Positions 22,109 through 25,443 of a DNA stretch of 25,443 bases are shown in pieces. This stretch comes from Synechococcus sp. (GTDB taxonomy: Bacteria > Cyanobacteriota > Cyanobacteriia > Thermostichales > PCC-7336): the NCBI GenBank assembly GCA_051439605.1, contig JBFRWN010000109.1:1-25443 (forward strand), in the 5' to 3' direction. The translations under genes were made by a program, and so were the position numbers. The notes beneath the pieces are model-generated. The model had not been told where the DNA came from and did not search any database. It saw only the letters and a list, made by a program, of their open reading frames with translations. Position 1 is the stretch's first letter, and every line of letters begins with the position of its first letter.

Positions 22109-22129
22109 CTCCCAGAGCGCTGCCTTCAA

Positions 22130-23137
22130 TTATTTCAATGTCAAGCTCATATAGTAATTGACCTCTTCCAAAAATCGCCAGGACAATAGTAACTGGGAAA
22201 TACGCGTGCCTGAGCTCAATTCAAACTCCTCTTTTGGAATAACTTTATCGATTGAAATTCCAGTATAATTAACAATATGTTCTTCTAGGCTTGCGACTGT
22301 TTGTGCAGACAGTACTCCATCTAGATGAATGACAATCGCTCGACGACCCCAATAGTTTGAAGGTACCGCAGAGAGGGAAAAAGGTGCCTGCTCTGAAGAT
22401 AACATTGCCGCCAAATCAAAAGGTAGAGGTAGGGAAGGGAGTGGTATTACTGCCGGTTCGAAAATTAGCTCGATTCTGTAACAGTTTTTAGGTAATCTTC
22501 CTCGCATTTTTTGGCGAGCCCATGTTTGGATTTGACTTGGAAAAATCTTAATTACAACATTGGCATTAATCTTCTGAAAATCAATCCAGCGTTTGTAAGC
22601 AGTCATTCTCTGCATCATTTCTTGCTCAAGAGTTTCAGCTTTATGCCCCCTACGTTTCAAGTCACGAGCCCATTTCCAGGCCCATTTCACCTCGGGATCG
22701 GGGTCTATGAAAATACGAAAATCTAGGGTTGAGGAAAGTTCTGGGTAGAGGGTGTGCAGTCCCTCAACAACTACGATCGGAGGGGGAGAGAATGTAAGAG
22801 AGTCCCCAAATTTTCCGGTACTGTGATCGTAAATGGGTAAATCGATGGTCTTGCCCTGTTTAAGTGCCAACAAGTGGTCGGCAAGCAAGTCCAGGTGATT
22901 GGCATCAGGATCGAGGGGGAGCCTACCGCTATGTTCTCGCTGCTCACGATCTTCCTTGTGGTAACCATCAGTACAGATGGTTTCAACTAAATCGCTACCT
23001 ATGAGCCCTCGAATACCATCGCAAAAGGTTGATTTACCACTTCCACTATCACCTGCCACACCAATCAAGATTGGTGAATGAAGTCGTTTGAGTTGATTGC
23101 GTAATGTCTCGCAGGCTAGTTGTACAGGATAGGTCAT
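22130..23137 (-). CDS. prk: Phosphoribulokinase-like protein (atypical, archaeal-type-like)
   Basis: IGVAGDSGSGKST P-loop, DGYH...REQR, PLDPDAN, PIYDHSTG, VEGLH and WKWARDLKRRGH are PRK rather than uridine-kinase hallmarks. Confidence 0.7.
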   Translation of the reverse strand: MTYPVQLACETLRNQLKRLHSPILIGVAGDSGSGKSTFCDGIRGLIGSDLVETICTDGYHKEDREQREHSGRLPLDPDANHLDLLADHLLALKQGKTIDLPIYDHSTGKFGDSLTFSPPPIVVVEGLHTLYPELSSTLDFRIFIDPDPEVKWAWKWARDLKRRGHKAETLEQEMMQRMTAYKRWIDFQKINANVVIKIFPSQIQTWARQKMRGRLPKNCYRIELIFEPAVIPLPSLPLPFDLAAMLSSEQAPFSLSAVPSNYWGRRAIVIHLDGVLSAQTVASLEEHIVNYTGISIDKVIPKEEFELSSGTRISQLLLSWRFLEEVNYYMSLTLK

Positions 23138-23501
23138 TTAAAGATAAAACCAAACTCAAGATACTATCTACAGAACAAATTCACTTATTTTAACTAGGAT
23201 GCACTCTATAATTTATAATTTCAATATCAAGTCATAAATTATTTGTGAAGATTATAAGCCTAAGTAGACTTTTCTCTAATACATGAGATTCTTCTTTCTA
23301 GGAGCAAAAAAAATTCAGAATGTAGATATAGATAGGTTTCCCCCTTGTAGTTAAACCAAGCTAATCGAAAAAAGACTTTACTGATTTTTATTTGAATAGA
23401 TTTCTAACTTCTGCTAGGCTTCTATTTTTCATTCTCATGCATGCTTTACATTTGAAATAAGGGCACAAAGATAAATGAGTCAGAGCAAAGTTTTCTATAA
23501 A

Positions 23502-23596
23502 TATAGCGGTTTTCATTGGGGTGAGGTATAGGAATGCAACTTTAGTTTTTGATTAGCAAGGCTACAGGTGAACCTCATTCATTCTGAAACCGGTAC
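23502..23596. repeat. Short MITE-like element with imperfect terminal inverted repeats
   Basis: Left arm TATAGCGGTTTTCATTGGGGTGAGGT and right arm ACCTCATTCATTCTGAAACCGGTA are partly complementary. It resembles small dispersed repeats I recall from cyanobacteria. Confidence 0.4.
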
Positions 23597-24293
23597 ATCA
23601 GCAATATCTGTCTCTGACTCTACTTATTAGCATTTATTATATTAGGTAACCTTGATTAATTGCCATTTCCCCCTTTCGCAGTGCTGAAATCCTTTAAATA
23701 CGTAGCTGTCCTTAGCAAAAATTTTATATATCGAGGTGCCCATTAGAGAATATGGTTGTTTGTTGGGTGAGCAGTTGCAAGATCAAATTCGACGCTTAAC
23801 TCATTTTCACTGGTGGCCTGAGCAGACCTCCATCTTTGTAGGAGTAGCCTAGCCGGATTTGGTATTAGCTTCTCCCTTTCACCAACTTTCCTAAGCTTTT
23901 ATACTCATTTCAGAATTGAGATGTACTCAGTATCTGTCAGCCCTCAAGAAGCTATATGCAGATATAGCTGTAATACATTTACGCTTATCTTGGCTAGCAC
24001 CAGGCCTGCCGTTGACAGATCCACATGGTTGACAATCCCCTGTAATGCACTCGTAGGTTGTGTCCCAGAGAACATGACTGATGAATATGGTCTGGCTTTC
24101 TTAAAAAACCCAAACGGAATTCTTATACGAAAAATTCTTGGTGTTGAATTCAACTAACTTTAAACTCTCTGTTGACTGTGCTTGAAAAGGTGCATGGATA
24201 TAAGCATTACAACGAATCATGACGAGAAAAGCACCCAAGATTGAGTGGTTTGCTCAAGAATTCCGTACTTCATTCATTAGTCCGAAACTGCCC

Positions 24294-25443
24294 ATGCAAG
24301 CAACCCAACCCGTCCGCACCACTCTAAAATTAATCGCGCCGCTCTCCGGTATCCTGCTCCCGATCGAATCCGTTCCGGACCCCGTATTTGCTCAAAAGAT
24401 GGTGGGGGATGGCATTTCCATCGATCCCGTCTCGACCCATTTGAAAGCTCCCTGCGAAGGTGAAGTGATTCAGCTCCATCCTTCCCACCATGCGGTATCC
24501 ATCAAGTCAGCAGAAGGAATTGAAATTCTAATGCACGTTGGTTTAGATACGGTGGAGCTGCGGGGAAAGGGATTTACACCAAAAGTGCAGGAGGGCGATC
24601 GCGTCAAAACCGGCGACGATCTGATTGAATTCGACATCGACTACGTGGCCCTGCACGCCAAAAGTTTGCTCACCCAGGTGGTCGTGACAAACAGCGATCG
24701 GGTCGCGGAATTCGTGCCCCAATCCGGTCAGGTGACGGCCGGAACAGATATTGCCCTGGAGCTGGCACTAGAGGCTGGGGAAGAAGCGGTTGCCGAGGTA
24801 GTGGGAGAGGTAGTGACCTCGGAACCCATTTCGATCGGCAATCCCCAGGGGTTGCACGCCCGTCCGGCGGCGGTGCTAGTGAACTTAGCCAAGAAGTATT
24901 CGTCACAGGTGTCGCTGCATCGAGGTAGCGATCGCGCCAATGCCAAAAGCGTCGTATCCATCATGGTAATGCAAGTAGCTTTGGGAGACACCGTGACCCT
25001 GGAGGCAACGGGTAATGATGCCAAGGCGGCGATTACCCACTTAACGGAGGCGATAAAATCCGGCTTGGGGGAAGAGGGGGCAGCTCCGGTAGCGGCCCCA
25101 GCCAGTATTGCTCAGTCGGATTTGAAGGCTCCTCCCCCGCAGCCCAAATCAGACGATCCCAACATCATTCTGGGGGTAGCGGCGTCCTCCGGGTTAGCCT
25201 TGGGGAAGGCCTATCGAGTACGGCAGCAGCAGGTGGAGGTGGCAGAAGCAGGGGAGTCGCCGGAGGCGGAGCGGAGGCGGTTGGAGGACGCGATCGCCCA
25301 GGCTAATCGCGAAGTGGAATCCCTGCGGGCAAAGATTCACGGTCAGGGGAATCCCGGCAAGGCGGCCATCTTTGCGGCCCACCAGGAAATTTTGCAAGAC
25401 CCCGAGCTGATGCACGTGACCACCAGCGCCATCAATAAAGGCA
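24294..25443 (+). CDS. ptsP: PTS multiphosphoryl transfer protein EIIA(Glc)-HPr-Enzyme I fusion, 3'-partial
   Basis: Hand-translated, stop-free to the window end. EIIA-Glc: APLSG, VPDPVFAQKMVGDG, SHHAV, ILMHVGLDTV. HPr: NPQGLHARPAA, ANAKSVVSIM. EI N-terminus: GVAASSGLALG, ERRRL, AAIFAAHQEILQDPEL. An alternative in-frame ATG lies at 24219. Confidence 0.93.
   Translation, partial: MQATQPVRTTLKLIAPLSGILLPIESVPDPVFAQKMVGDGISIDPVSTHLKAPCEGEVIQLHPSHHAVSIKSAEGIEILMHVGLDTVELRGKGFTPKVQEGDRVKTGDDLIEFDIDYVALHAKSLLTQVVVTNSDRVAEFVPQSGQVTAGTDIALELALEAGEEAVAEVVGEVVTSEPISIGNPQGLHARPAAVLVNLAKKYSSQVSLHRGSDRANAKSVVSIMVMQVALGDTVTLEATGNDAKAAITHLTEAIKSGLGEEGAAPVAAPASIAQSDLKAPPPQPKSDDPNIILGVAASSGLALGKAYRVRQQQVEVAEAGESPEAERRRLEDAIAQANREVESLRAKIHGQGNPGKAAIFAAHQEILQDPELMHVTTSAINKG

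Noticed and set aside
21960..22154. 64-aa ORF in the track
   Set aside because: It is an off-frame reading of the ISKra4-like remnant.
10233..23335. AGATATAGATAG shared by the xfp and prk upstream regions
   Set aside because: A low-complexity AT-rich 12-mer; such matches are expected by chance over 25 kb.
23730..24157. Short ORFs 23921-24157(+) and 23944-24153(-) and a possible gene relic
   Set aside because: No RBS or recognisable motifs, mutually overlapping, and cannot be supported without a search.

Overview
Cyanobacterial DNA, judged from at least about 20 HIP1 octamers (GCGATCGC) counted by eye and from a transaldolase with a cyanobacterial-type EF-hand tail. The left end has a partial DDE transposase, apparently nested in a second IS end that truncates a secreted-protein gene. 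Two more small exported-protein genes follow (HdeA/HdeB-like and glycine-zipper). The core is a ~17.5 kb co-oriented carbohydrate-fermentation cluster: pyk-gpmA-glgP-ldhA-gap-xfp-pgi-His phosphatase-hypothetical-ackA-eno-hypothetical-tal. Its content matches a glycogen-to-lactate/acetate phosphoketolase ('bifid shunt'-like) route, with no pfk, fba, zwf or gnd in the window. An AT-richer segment follows, with a HAD hydrolase, an ISKra4-like remnant and an atypical phosphoribulokinase lacking the P-loop regulatory Cys. At the right edge, absent from the ORF track because it runs off the window, is a PTS EIIA(Glc)-HPr-EI fusion gene. This is unusual because cyanobacteria generally lack sugar PTS. 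All assignments come from motif recognition; no database searches were run.
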